Part shown: positions 36,018-49,089 of the stretch, piece after piece | Numbering within the stretch: position 1 is the first letter of the stretch | Layout: each line of letters begins with the position of its first letter | Origin: Octopus bimaculoides | Taxonomy: Eukaryota | Direction of reading: 5' to 3' | Length of the DNA stretch: 64,000 nt | NCBI RefSeq assembly: GCF_001194135.2 | Contig: NC_068984.1 | Location: 10,073,298 to 10,137,297 of the forward strand | The notes under the pieces: generated by a model | Databases searched by the model: none | What the model was told of the DNA's origin: nothing | Seen by the model: only the letters and a program-made list of their open reading frames with translations | Program-made: the position numbers and the translations under genes

Positions 36018-38139
36018 TATGTGTATTTATAGTGATGCTGCTGAAGGATTGCACAAAGTAACTATATTTGATAAAGGAGTGAATCTTCAGCTTTAAACAT
36101 GTATTGAGTACTTTCTCTCATTTATTCATATTCTTCCAAAGGGCATTAAGGTTATAAATAAGATAAAACTGTTCTGATCAAGGATTGAAACAGCGACACA
36201 AATTTAACAATCCAGGGAATTTGTTTTAGAGCAACACTTGGTATACAAATATAACTTAAATACGGAACAGTATTTAGTCCATTGTCCTACCATTTCTGCT
36301 TCCATTCCAGTGTATCCCACCCAACGGATTAAATATTAATGTCTACCATTATTGACACACACACACACACACACACGTTTGTAGTACAGCTGGCTGGAGG
36401 GTAAAACTGTTTCAATCAGGTATGGTAGGAGCCAGGTACATATTTTATTGATCGTTAGAGGGATGGAAATAGGTGGAGTGATGTAAAAGACAGTCATCCT
36501 TGATGCGATATGAATTGAGGACACAAAAAGAGGACGAAACAAAGAAAGTAAAGGAAGAAAGTTTTGAAACAAAAGACTAACGCATTTGTACTATTCCAGC
36601 CCACCTCATTTCATTCCATTAAATATGAATGTATTATCAATTGTGTAGATTTTCTTTGTGTTTATTCAGAAGAATTTGACACAGACCAAACGAGAATGTC
36701 TCATAATGAAAGCCTATAATACTGATGAAGCAATAAAAAAAGAGTATAAACAATGTATCGGAGCCAAAAACAATATAATAAATAATAAAAGAACTTGTCG
36801 GTCATTTATTCTTCCACCAAAGAGAAACAGAAGTGAAAAGAAAAGAAAAATAAAAGAGGAGAAAGAAATGCTATAAAAATTAATGGAAAGACAAGTCTTC
36901 GAGAAACGAGCAGTTTCGGTTCTGATTTTATTTGTTATTTTTAATTTTTTTCTTCCTTCCATGATATTTAATGGCTTGGCAGACCATTGATCCAAACATT
37001 TCTGGAATGAAATCCATCTTCATTGGAAATATCTCCAGTGTATTTGTTGGTCAGTATTTCTCATGAATTCTAAGAAATAGGATACCAAATTTTATTAGCG
37101 TACTATTGTATTTACAGAACGCTTGATAATGAAGTTAATTTGGTTGCAGGAATATCTGTGAACAATGGACACAATTCTATAGAGAATACTTAACATGTAA
37201 ACATGAATTTGTTAGTTAAGTTTTGTATCAAACATTAATTATGCGTACATGCAAGTTTCACTGTCCATAATAATTATGGTTTGACATGAATATAATAAGT
37301 GAGATTCGAGCAGAAAATGTCAGACAGGCTCACACAGAGAGGAAGAAAAAAAGAATTGGTTCATTCATTAATTTCTCTGTCTGTTTTTGATATATTGTTT
37401 CTTGTAAACAAAATCAAAAGGTTCATATATTGCCATTATTACTATAAATTGGCACAAATTTTGGAGTCAGATGAAAATGCCTCATGGCATTTATTCTGGC
37501 TATTTACGTTCTGTGTATGGATTAGTCAGAATTTGTTGAGGTGGATTCTTTTAATGGACAGACGCCCTTTCTGTTGTTAACACTCATCTGTTTCCAGGTA
37601 AAGTAATATTTCCCAATGGCCAAACATGCTTTTCATGGAAGACTGGAAATAAACAACATTGCTTGTATGACAGTAATACTTGTTTACAACCATTACGTGA
37701 TGCCAAGACAAGGGTACACACAAAACACACAGATATACAAACAGGCTTCTTTCAGTTTCCATCTATCAAATCCACTAACAAGGCTTGGTTAGCAAAGGGC
37801 TATAGTAGAAGATTCTTATCCAAGGTGCCATGCAATGGCACTTTGGGAAGTTCCTCAACCACAGAGCCATGCCTAAATCAAGTACCAGTCAACACTGGGT
37901 TTGATGGCATCAACAAAGCCCCTATTCTCAGAAGCGTCAACCTTCTACCTAATTATAAACAATTATTTTTCTAATTTAGGCACAAAGTCAGCAGTGCTTA
38001 TTCTATCGGTCTCTTTTGCGGAACTGCACAGTCCTGAACCAAGAGGTTTGAAAGCAAACATTTTACGACATAACCATGTCTGTGGTCCATTGAATATGTC
38101 AACAGAATTCCCTCATATTTCCACATCTATAGGCATCAA

Positions 38140-38300
38140 TTAGAACGACCCCAGTATGCAACAGGTACTTAATTCATCGACCCTGAAAGGATGAAAGGCT
38201 AAGTCGACCTCGACAGAATTTGAACTCAGAACGTAAAGACAAGTGAAATACTGCTAAGCATTTCACTCGGCATGCTAACGATTCTGCCAGCCCGCCACCT
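38140..38300 (-). mobile_element. SINE family B
   Basis: rc central domain and head. Confidence 0.8.
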
Positions 38301-39110
38301 TAATATATAGTCAAAAGCAGGTACATTCAGCCCTGATCGAAAAAAGAGCATTTTAGTCATCATGATCCCATCACTTGTTTTTACAGGGAATGGACAACAT
38401 TAACTTATATGTTCTTTTTCTTATAAAAAACACAAGACAAAGTATGAGTTTATACATATTTGGTTGCTATTTCTAGCAACCACATACAAGTTCCTTTGCA
38501 CTCTATGAAGTTGAAATCTTTTGGTCATGATCCAGACTCATTTCAAACTCAGCTATCAATTCTGAAAGTATAGATATTGAACATCATCATCATCAGTAAC
38601 TATTACTAACTGTTGTCACCATCGCAAACAAACACAGAATAATTAAACACTAGAATCTAAGGATAAGAAACAATTCTCAAAGGAATATGATTTGAGAATT
38701 TCATTTTGTACATCAATGACTATTCCTGCAGGAAAATAGTCCCAGGAGAGAATTATCCTCAAAAACAATTTGTGGAAATATACCATTGGGTTTTGAAGAC
38801 CAGCAACAGATCATAGGATGCATGCATTTCTGTGTCATTATGCTTTGTCAGTTATGAATACAGAATTAATGTTTCACAGCTCTTATAAGGACAAATGGTA
38901 CATTTGCTGATGTGTGCAAAGCTTGGACAAGCGAGAAACACATGCGTCCTTTGATCTGACAATGTCATTCATAACCCAATGTTATTTTCAAACATTGTCA
39001 ATGTAAACGAAGGCACATGGCTCAATGGTTTGAACATCTGGCTCACAATCATGAGATAGTGAGTTCAATTCTTGGGCTGGGCTCTGTGTTGTATTCTTGA
39101 GCAAGATACT

Positions 39111-39454
39111 TTATTTATTTACATTATTTACATTATATACATTTGACGGATATTTGTCCTCATCTTGTTTGTTGTTAACACAACATTTCGGCTGATATAC
39201 CCTCCAGCCTTCATCAGGTGTCTTGGAGAAATTTCGAACCTTGGTTCTCCTTTCTAAGGTATTTTTCGATGTTATAATAATAATAATTATTATTATCCAG
39301 ATCACTGCTTGGAATTGAACTCGGAATCTTGGGGTTAGTAGCCCGCGCTCTTAATCACTACAGCTATCATCCATTGACAACAAACAAGATGAGGACAAAT
39401 ATCCGTCAAATGTAAATAATGTACATAATTCCTCATCTCTTAAATATAGAACTG
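39111..39454 (-). mobile_element. Family H1 copy 2 (minus, 39111-39372) plus an inverted extra 3' end (plus, 39377-39452)
   Basis: Same tRNA head, (AAT)n and hammerhead layout as 14477; the tail is repeated in opposite orientation next to the head. Confidence 0.8.
39177..39222 (-). ncRNA. Hammerhead motif H1, copy 2
   Basis: rc: GACAC CTGATGA A GGCTG GAGGGTATAT CAGCC GAAAT GTT GTGTT. Confidence 0.7.
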
Positions 39455-39822
39455 TATTTATTGTTGTTCCAGTTCACTCAGCTGTAGAAAACAAGTTGTG
39501 ACATCAGTGGTGCTAAGCTATATTGATCTTTGTCTTCCTCTTGGATAACATCAGTGATGTGGAGAGAGGAGGCTGGTATGCATAGGCGACTGCTAGTCTT
39601 CTATACACAACATTGCCTGGATTTGTGCCTTGGAGGGGAACATTCTAGACACAAACCCATGGTCATTCATGACCGAAGGGGGTCTTTACCCATACCCTGT
39701 CTATGAGAAGCTATAGATTATTCCCCACAGTGAAAACTCTTCCTATGTCCAAGTGTACACCAGCATGTTAAATACAATTGTACAAGCATGTATTTTATTT
39801 ACCACAGCTTCTCTGTGTGCAT

Positions 39823-39865
<43 letters not shown>

Positions 39866-40743
39866 GTGAGAGAGAGAGTAAGAGAGGAATATGCTAAGCA
39901 CAAATTGTAGTTAATGTCATTTGTTCCAATAGTTGCACATTTCATCACTGCATCCATTTGCATTTGTACAATGGTTTTTCAGAAGACTTTATTACATTAT
40001 GTTAAACACAGAGAAATGCTTGTAGATGGATAAATGGCAAAGCTTTATATAAATATGTTGAGGGTGAAAGAGAAAGAGAGAAAAACACAAAAGAGTGAGA
40101 ATGAGATGAGAGAGAGAGAGACTGTAGTGGGGAAGAGAAAAAAATAAAAAGGAAACAGAGGGAGAAAAAAATCTTCACTATTTTCCATGTTGGCATAGAT
40201 TGGATGATTTGACAGGAATTGGCAAGACTAAGGAGCACAACAAGTTCCACAGTCCGTTTTGGCTTGGTTGGTTTTACACTTTACAAAGTGTATTGAGTAC
40301 TTTTTGCTTGACACCATCACCAGTGCTTTTTATGTGGCACCAGCACATTATAAATAAATAAATATATATATATATACATATAAAAATATATATTATATAC
40401 ATATGTCATCATCATCATTTAATGTCCGTTGTCCATGCTGGCATGGGTTGGATGGTTTGACTAGGGGCTGCACCAGACTCCTGTCTGATTTGGCATGGTT
40501 TCTATGGCTGGGTGCCTTTCCTAATGCCAAGAGTGTAATGGGTGCTTTTATGTGCCACCAGCACAGGTGCCATCTGCAGGACACCAATATCTGCCACAAC
40601 TATGATTTCACTTGGTTTGAGAGGTCTTCTTCTTCTCAAGCATGTCATTTGTCATTGCCTCCGTGAGGCCCAACATTCAAAAGGTGCTCGTTATGCAACA
40701 CCAGCATGAGCCACATTGCTTCCATAATCATATCTCATTTATG

Positions 40744-41424
40744 TCATCATCATCATCATCATCATCCAGTGTTTTAAATCCGGGTCTTGTACCCTTTAAC
40801 AGGCATGGGCAGATGTACCTCAATGCCATATCAACCGAGGTAGGCAGCTGCAGCCCACCCCAACCTTTGGGCTAGCTGGTGCCCATTCTCCTTTGCTATC
40901 ATGAGGCTTTTTTGGAGCTGGATTTTCTACAGGGAGCATGCCCTTGCTTACCCCCAATCTCACTTTCTAGACATGAGTGTTCCCGAGACTAAGGCCTCTA
41001 CCACGATTTTTAAGAAATGTGGTGGAAAACTAGCTCACAAAGGCAGGGACACTACTCCCTGAGACCCCTTTCAGAGCCCTCCTTACCTATGTATGTTTAT
41101 ATATTTAATCATATATCATTGGGCCTCACTGAGGCGAAGTGGCTGAGTTCCTTTCGAGTGAAGGGCTTCATGGAGGCAATGACCAAGATTTTTGGCATTA
41201 TGTTATGCTTGAGAAGAAGACCCATCACAGTCATAGAAGATACCAGTGTCACACAAATGGCACCTGTGCTGGTGGCACATAAAAGCACCTACTACACTCT
41301 CAGAGTGGTTGGCATTAGGAAGGGCATCCAGCCATAGAAAACCATGCCAAATCAGACCAGAGTCCGGTGCAGCCTTCCAGCATACCAGTCCAGTCAAACT
41401 GTCCAGCCATGCCAGCACGGACAG
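40744..41424. mobile_element. Head-to-head composite, copy 2
   Basis: Minus module ending in a (GAT)n tail at 40744-40766; same junction as 26808-26831; RTE 3' end on plus. Confidence 0.75.
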
Positions 41425-41455
41425 CGGACGTTAACCAATGATGATNNNNNNNNNN

Positions 41456-41487
<32 letters not shown>

Positions 41488-42114
41488 TATATATTATATA
41501 TATATATATATATATATTATATACATTGTATATATATTATTATATTAATAATATAATTAATATATATATGCATATATACATACATATATGTACATAGTTA
41601 CATGTATATGTATATGCGGCCCAGGATGTCACAGAACATAAACAACATGAAATACGAAATACAAATACATGGAATATGAACTTTTTTTTGAACAACGAAA
41701 GAAACAAATGGAAAACAAGACAAGCAACATAAAGAACGACCTTTCATCAGTTGTTGGTTGTTTTTCTATTCTGTATTTTGAGTATATTGTATAATCACTC
41801 TTGGAATGGTGTACAATAACAGGAATTACAATTCTTGTAACACACACACACAATTCCAAAGCTGAGTACAGAATATAGGCCATTCTCAGAACATTTCTTT
41901 GTCACTGGCTCTGCAACAAATAGAGCTTAGTATAGAATTTAATAAAAATCAATGACAAATGAAGGCATTAGTTTTTATTCCTCAAACCAGAAGCTCTCAT
42001 CTGTGTGTGTGCGTGCGTGCATGCGTGTGTGTAAACAGTCTGATATTTAATTCAAAGCATGATATTCTTATGGCCTAGACACCATAGATATTTGAAGATT
42101 TTACATCATAAGCA

Positions 42115-42385
42115 CAGGAGTGGCTGTGTGGATAGGCGCAGGAGTGGCTGTGTGGTAAGTAGCTTGCTTACCAACCACATGGTTCCGGGTTCAGTCCCAC
42201 TGCGTGGCACCTTGGGCAAGTGTCTTCTACTATAGCTTCGGACCGACCAAAGCCTTGTGAGTGGATTTGGTAGATGGAAACTGAAAGAAGCCCATCGTAT
42301 ATATATATGTATGTGTGTGTATATGTTTGTGTGTGTGTGTTTGTCACCCCAACATCGCTTGACAACCGATGCTGGTGTGTTTACA
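42115..42385 (+). mobile_element. SINE family A with duplicated 5' start
   Basis: caggagtggctgtgtgg occurs twice, then a near-consensus body. Confidence 0.85.
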
Positions 42386-42413
42386 ATATATATATACACA
42401 CACACACCCACAT

Positions 42414-42879
42414 ACGTAGTCCTATGGAGAAGGAATTGCTGAACTTGTCGTAAATATACTTTACAACGTAATCCATGATACACGTAGTCTGAAATACGAG
42501 ATAAGTCATAACTTGAATCTCTTTGGTCGTTGGTTTTCTCCATCGGGACCCGACCTGGGCAATATCATAATCATCATCTCCAACAATAACAAAATGCGAG
42601 AATTCTTACGTATCTAGGAACGTGCATCTCTCTCTCTCTCTCTCTGACACACGCGGTTTATTATTTAAGCTTACGTCGATTCCTCTGTAGTGTTGTTTTG
42701 CATTTATAATAAAATAAATACATACAAATCATAAAAATAATAAAATATATACATACAGTACAACGGTCAAAGTGATTCAAGTTATGACCTATCTTGTATT
42801 TCCGGTTGCATGTATCATGGACTAGTCTGTCCAATGTATCTACGACAGGTTCAGCAATTCCCTCTTCATAGGACAACGT
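42414..42879. mobile_element. TIR element with ~119-bp diverged inverted arms
   Basis: acgtagtcctatggagaaggaattgctgaac..gtcataacttgaatc 42414-42532 versus rc of 42761-42879. Confidence 0.75.
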
Positions 42880-42902
42880 GTGTGTGTGTGTGTGTATGTG
42901 TG

Positions 42903-42935
<33 letters not shown>

Positions 42936-43435
42936 CTTTCTGATTTGGCGGACACCACTTGTTTTCTTAACGAAACACTTTCAAACTTGGGACACTGGTA
43001 GAATGTGTCATATAAAACATCTTTTACTCTTAGTGTTGTTGAGAAAAGTAAGACAAAATATACAAGTATACGAAGTTTTAAAGTGTTTCGGTAGAAAACA
43101 CACNNNNNNNNNNNNNNNNNNNNNNNNNNNNNNNNNNNNNNNNNNNNNNNNNNNNNNNNNNNNNNNNNNNNNNNNNNNNNNNNNNNNNNNNNNNNNNNNN
43201 NNNNNNNNNNNNNNNNNNNNNNNNNNNNNNNNNNNNNNNNNNTTGTTGTTGGCGATAACTTCGATACGATGATACCCAAAAATTAGGTAACGGATGGTGG
43301 AGAAATCCTCCGGTAAAAATATTGGTTTTGCTCATGCAATGTGTTTTCTACTTCACGGATTTTCACCTATCGCGGGGAGGGGGAGGAACGTAACACTCGC
43401 GATAGTCGAGGGATTACTGTACACATACTCTAGAC

Positions 43436-43560
43436 CAGAGGTTCTCAACAATTTTTTACTTATGGACCCCTTTGATAACTATTTTATTCTGCTGAACCCC
43501 CGTAACCATTCAAATTAGTTTTATAGGAACTTCTTTCAAAATTCCTATTTTGTTTTACAC
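43436..43560 (+). mobile_element. Left end of an hAT-like MITE
   Basis: cagaggttctcaacaattttttacttatggacccctttgat resembles the start of 55922. Confidence 0.5.
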
Positions 43561-44180
43561 ACATTCACTTGTGTAGGTCGAATTATGTAAAATGGTGGAG
43601 AAAGAAACCCAGCTGTTTCTTGTAATAAATACATCTAAAGAAATATGTTTTTCAGGGGCTTTTAAAACACTATTATGGATCCTTAATTTACTATTTTCGG
43701 TAAATTTTGATATTAACACCCGCACGATTTTCACTAAGAAAAAAAAATTACGGAAGACTACCAAGAGGACGTGAAGATGAAATGGTTGTACTTTGCCCGG
43801 GAGTTCCAAGACTGGGATAGTATAGCCCTTTTCCTTTAAGTTAAGACGATTTGAAGTGGACTCCAGTACTCTATTCCAGTCTTGGAGCTCCCGGTCGAAG
43901 TACAGCCATTTCATCTCCAGGGAGCTGCGCCAGCAAAGAACTGCTACTTAGTTTTCGGATGAGTAAACTGGAGTAACGTGATCTAACCCAAATTGTAGAG
44001 AAGAGTATTGATTCAATTGATAGAGTATAACTTGATTGTTTCACCATGTTAACTTCTCTCAAGAGTTTTTTTAAAATGTCAAGCTGGAATTCTCAATTAA
44101 AACCACACTGAGCAACTTCGTTCTGACTATAACACATGCTACTTTTAGTTAACAATAGACAAAAAAAAAAATTAATAAAT

Positions 44181-44454
44181 GGCGATCTTTCGGTACTAGA
44201 TCCCATAACTTCCGGTCGTTGTGCGCACGCATACTGATTATATTATCGTATAGTGCGTTTATGTTTTTAAATGACTTGAAAATATGAAAAGACAACATTA
44301 AATAGAAAAAAAAAAATGAATGGCCCACGAAACTCAAACCTTCTCCCCTCAGATTCATACAGTTCTCAAACTTTAAACACACTACACGATAATGTAATCA
44401 ATATGTGTGCGCACAACGACCGGAAGATATGGGATCTAGTACCGAAAGATCGCC
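44181..44454. mobile_element. MITE with ~81-bp TIRs
   Basis: ggcgatctttcggtactagatcccata..gtgcgttta / taaacacact..tatgggatctagtaccgaaagatcgcc; TSD not found. Confidence 0.8.
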
Positions 44455-45027
44455 CTTCGCGTAACAAGCAAGTGAGCATCATAGGGACGAAGATAATTAA
44501 TTAATACGAGAGTGTCCCTAGTAAGGAGAACATTAGAACAATCTACTCTCGGGGATCTCAAATAAGAAGTTCAGTTTGAAATTCTGAGAACGTTACTGAA
44601 TATTAAAGACATCTGAAAAAAAGCCAGATGGTATAAAATTCAAAACATTGTGACCATAATAACTAAGATTAAAGATACCGAATACAAAGGCATAGAAACG
44701 GTTTATCACAAAAACAAAATGCCTTTGAAAAGTTGGCTTTCTTAATGAAATGGAAACCAAATTTGTTGAGACAGTACTTATATAGACTAGGGATTAGCAA
44801 AGTGATCAATATTGCCCTCCCGTCCTCGTCATCACCACCATCACAAGGGCCAATGTGATTATCCAAAGGGGTCGGTTAACTCCTGAAACAATTTTGAGCA
44901 TTAAGGGAGCTGAGTTGTTAGCAAATTCTGTGTGTGTGTGTGTGTGTGTTTTAAACTTAAACCCTGGAAACGTCGGTCAGATATCTGACCGAACCACAAA
45001 GATACACACGATCGGTCTATTAAGCAA

Positions 45028-45121
45028 CCAATCAGCGTGAAGCTATCGCGCGATTCAATCTTCTAGAATCTTCTTCTTGTGCCCTATAAAAGGCTGCTGC
45101 TTTTGGCGGTAATTCATTTAA
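45028..45121 (+). promoter_or_regulatory. Candidate Pol II core promoter (CCAAT, TATA, Inr)
   Basis: CCAAT 45028-45032; TATAAAAG 45085-45092; TCATTT Inr with A at 45116, 31 nt after the first T of TATA; unique CpG-rich context. Confidence 0.45.
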
Positions 45122-45788
45122 GAATGCTGAGGTATCTGAGCAACATGTCTCCATTCTTGCCACACCAGACGACACAGCCAGACAACCCAGGAAGACGGTT
45201 AAGAATGGCGTAGATAGATGACAGGAACCTCCGTCGCCACGCATATAGAACAACTGTTCCCAGTTATGATTGGCAAGCCGCATGTTGCCCTATCAATAGT
45301 TGTTGTAAACGCCAAACAGTATCACTTTTCCAGTATTGCTGTTGTTATCTGCAAAAGGCCAACGCAGATTTGTCTTCGCGTGCGATAAGATCTATTAAAT
45401 GTTTGTGTCTGTTGTTCAATTATTTCTACACGCAATCCAAAAAACAAAATTTTCTTCATCAACTCAACCAGTCGCCACCATAGCGCAACCAAAATAAAAC
45501 CCAAGCGATAAATCTATCTTAAATACAATATAAAAATTAAAAAAATACCTCAGCAGACATCACATCATTGGTACAGATCTAGCAAAACATGCAATGCCAA
45601 TTAGCCGATTGGCAAAGCTAATAAACGATAAGCGGATATTTTTCTTGAAGACATCATAATAAAGATGTCCAATACTTGTACGCATTTATTGTCCATTTAC
45701 AATAGAATGGTTTCATTTTTCTGATAATTTTGAATTTTTTCTTCGTTTTAAAAAATTGAACATTATAATGGTAACCCCCGATAGCAAG

Positions 45789-46054
45789 AAGTGGCGGCAG
45801 GATTTACTAGAGTATTTGAAATTTGGATTTATTCCCTCGTTGGTCAATAAAGCATTACATATTTACCTGTTATGTGAAAAAAACTTTCTGTATTTTCATT
45901 AAATTTGTTTAAATATTTCTCATTAAAAAGCGGTAATGACACAAGTGAATGAAGGAATTATTGTTTTGAAATCAAGAAACTTTACTAATTACACTTATTA
46001 ATTCTATTCTAGAAATTTACATGATGGGTGTAAGAAGAAATTTGCCAAGCCCTG
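45789..46054 (+). mobile_element. Buster-type hAT relic (N-terminal fragment plus right TIR)
   Basis: KWRQDLLEYLKFGFIPSLVNKALHIYLLCEKNF; ends aaatttgccaagccctg. Confidence 0.55.
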
Positions 46055-46146
46055 ATACAGAAAATACAACGAAACAGAAATACAATTCCGTTATCACATG
46101 TTAAAACTGATCGGATGTCATCATCTTCGAACTTAGCAATTCATTT

Positions 46147-46372
46147 GGTTATCGGAAATTTTGCCGTAGGAAAATTCGCCGTGAGAAATTTCATTTCAAA
46201 TGACCTGATCACGTTTTTTAGTGTTTGACGTTGTTGAATAAAGAATTGCCTTTTATCATTCTTCTTTTATTACTATTTCTAAAAAGTGCTGATATAATAA
46301 GCTTTATCGTTGTCGATATGACAAATTTGTCTTTCGGTGAATTTTCCGAGCACAAATCTATTTATAGGAACC
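46147..46372. mobile_element. MITE-like element with subterminal ggaaaattcgccg repeats
   Basis: ggttatcggaaattttgccgtaggaaaattcgccg ... cggtgaattttccgag..ggaacc. Confidence 0.4.
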
Positions 46373-46751
46373 ACTTACCATTAGTGAGTCTATTAATTTA
46401 GGTGAAAATTAATTATTGCACACAAAATCAAAAATATGCAGTGTGGATCTCAATTAAATGTCCACAGAATCTCTATCGCAATTTTTACACCAAAGAGCAA
46501 CATGAAAAAGAAACAAAACAAAAAACGAAAATCTGATCAAATTGAAAACATAAAATATAATTTATTTTCAATTACCTACATACAACAGACCAGATTTTTT
46601 TTGCATACATAAACCTAAACATGTGCAAATGTGCTTTGATGCATACGCAGATGCACATGTAGTCGTACGTATGCACATGTGCTTGCATACATATGTACAT
46701 ACTCATGCACTGTTACACACAAATATATATATATACGCATATGTAATTCTA

Positions 46752-46878
46752 CAGGGTGTCCACAAAGTCTGGGTACATGCCGATTAAAACATACTTTAAG
46801 AAATTATTATTTCTTATATTTAATTGTTTATGTTATGATTTTATTTATTCCCTGTACCCAGACTTTGTGGACACCCTG
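46752..46878. mobile_element. Tc1/mariner MITE, 127 bp
   Basis: Perfect 26-bp TIR CAGGGTGTCCACAAAGTCTGGGTACA with TA TSD. Confidence 0.92.
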
Positions 46879-47409
46879 TAGATATGCATGTGTGATTACT
46901 CTTGCGTACATGTGGGCCTGGATACCACCCGGGCAGCGGTTGCACTATATACACACACATACACGATTTTTTTTTTTTTTTTTTTTTGATTAGAAAATTT
47001 AAGAGACAATCTGGGCCTTTCTAGACCGAGGTACAGAGTTAACTGGGGGAAATTAATACGATTGATCAGTCTGAACGTTAGGTTAATTGCTAGAGTGACG
47101 GAAAATTCAGAGAAATGATGTTCCAGAGGTTTCTTTTTTTTTTTTTTTTTCCTTTTGAATAGGAATTTTTTGAAAACAGTGCATCATGTTAGACGGAAGA
47201 AAAGCAGTGGTATCGACAAGGTTTAGGTGGAATAGTGACTGAAGTGATAGAATGAATAGTCTCACTGTCTCATATTTTTCTGTGTACGTGTGTGTGCGTG
47301 TACAGGGAAATCTGAATAACAGTGTACAACGCATCAGACAAGCACGTTAAATATACATTTATATTGAGTACCTTTTCTTACTCATTTGTATTGAGTACCT
47401 TTTCTCATG

Positions 47410-48661
47410 TTCGTCACTAAAATAAACGTGTACAAATACACATTTACACACACACATCGGGCTGGCCATGGCATCCCTTGTGCATGGGCACTCATTAGAT
47501 ACTTGACACTAACGCAGTTCGACGCAAATTTGTGACGAAACAGATTGTATTTTGCGTGCCTGGGATCATACTGAACATGAAGAACCAAAACGGTGACCAT
47601 TATCGACACCACGTGTTTTTTTTATGCAAAAAGAAAAGGGCAAGAATGCGATCGAAACCTGCAGGAAGATATGAGCTGTGTACAGAGAAGATGCTATTAC
47701 GGAACGTGTGTGCCATAAGTGGTCTTCAAGACATCGATCAAGAAATTTTTCGGTTCAAGAAGCATCTCGCTCAGGCCTGCCACATGAGATTAACAGCAAC
47801 ACCAAACCTCATTATACGACCAGGATGATTGCAAATATTCCCCAAATATCCAAATTGAATGTTATAAACTATCTGCATAAAGTTGGTTGTCAGCAGGCTC
47901 AATGTTTGGGTCCAACAGTAGTTGAATGAATCTAACTTCGCCCAACGCATTTCCATCTGCGATTCGTTGCAGAAACATAAAAAAAAAAAAAAAACGATCC
48001 TATTTTGAAGAGAATGATGACAGGGGAGGGGGCGAAAATGGATCGTCTGCATGAATGTGAAGCGCTAGCGATCATAGAGTAAGCGCGGTGAAGTGCCAAA
48101 AACAACCTCCAATGCAGGGTTTCGCCCAAAGGTCACGCTTTCAATTTGATGGGATCGGAAGGGTGTTGTCTATTACAAGCTTCTTCCAACGGATAGGATC
48201 ATCTATTCGGGTATGTATTGTGACCAGCTGGACAAATTAAACACAGCCATCCACCAGAAGTGCCCAGCACTTGCTAATATTTAGGGCATTGTCTTTCATC
48301 ACGACAATGCCAGGCTGTATACTTCTTTGCAGACGCGGCAGAAGTTACTGGGGCTTGACTGGGACGTTTCGCTGTACCCTCCATATTCGCCCGACCTTGC
48401 GCCTTCAGATTTCTGTCTGTTTTGGTCTCTTCAAATTTAATTGAATGGACAGACCTACACCTCTAAAGAGGATTTAACAATTTTTCGCCGGTAAAGACAG
48501 GAAATTCTTTGAGCAGGGGATAATGGAGCTGTCCACAAAATGGCAGATGATACTGGAACGAAATGACTATTATATCATTGATTGAATATATCGCTTAGTG
48601 CTTAAAACGTGTTTCTTATTTCCGCTTAAAAAACCGAACGGACTTTTTGGTCAACCCAATA
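47410..48661 (+). pseudogene. Mariner transposase pseudogene with right TIR
   Basis: KGKNAIETCRK..VYREDAITERVCHKW..SRSG; MTGE.AKWI; WDRKGVVYYKLL; VFHHDNARLYTS; PPYSPDLAPSDF; TIR aaaaaccgaacggactttttggtcaacccaata followed by TA; frameshifts. Confidence 0.9.
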
Positions 48662-48788
48662 TATACACGATATGTAATATATGTTCACGTGCTCAGCTAT
48701 TCTAGAAACAGCTAACTACTTTCCACTCAGTTTAAATTATAAATTAAATGCTCTAAACCACATATTTTGGTCGATCATTCTATTTCTG

Positions 48789-48825
<37 letters not shown>

Positions 48826-49089
48826 CAGTGAACAGGTCGCTTTCTCAAAGCGACGAAAATATTTTGACAAATTAAATTTAAATGTTGAAGTGAATCTAAC
48901 GGTTTTTGTGTGTTATTTTAAATGGCTTATAAACACCTTCCACGCTGCAATTGTTTTCGTTCCAGCACACGATCTCAGATCAGGTCACTTGCTATGCAAG
49001 TACATCTCCGTAATATATATATATACGTAAATATCAAACAACGAGGAATGCTCAACGCAGCACTGGTGGATAAAGTTTATTTACTAATA

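Larger units (their letters stand above)
39010..39690 (+). mobile_element. SINE family C-type copy split by the H1 insertion
   Basis: Head ends ..gagcaagatactttattt; body resumes tatttattgttgttccagttcactcagctg at ~39455. Confidence 0.7.

Noticed and set aside
37118-37193. Possible terminal exon (TLDNEVNLVAGISVNNGHNSIENT*); similar candidates at 7859 (-), 13480-13527 (-), 28820 and 38878
   Set aside because: Acceptor-like sites with short open frames are common in AT-rich DNA; they could not be linked into a coherent protein
41636-41770. CTGATGA on the minus strand in a Penelope-end-like repeat
   Set aside because: No GAAA or pairable stem II at a usable distance, so not called a hammerhead
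45032-45283. 83-aa minus-strand ORF with a hydrophobic stretch
   Set aside because: No recognisable family, start context or splice support; length is within chance expectation
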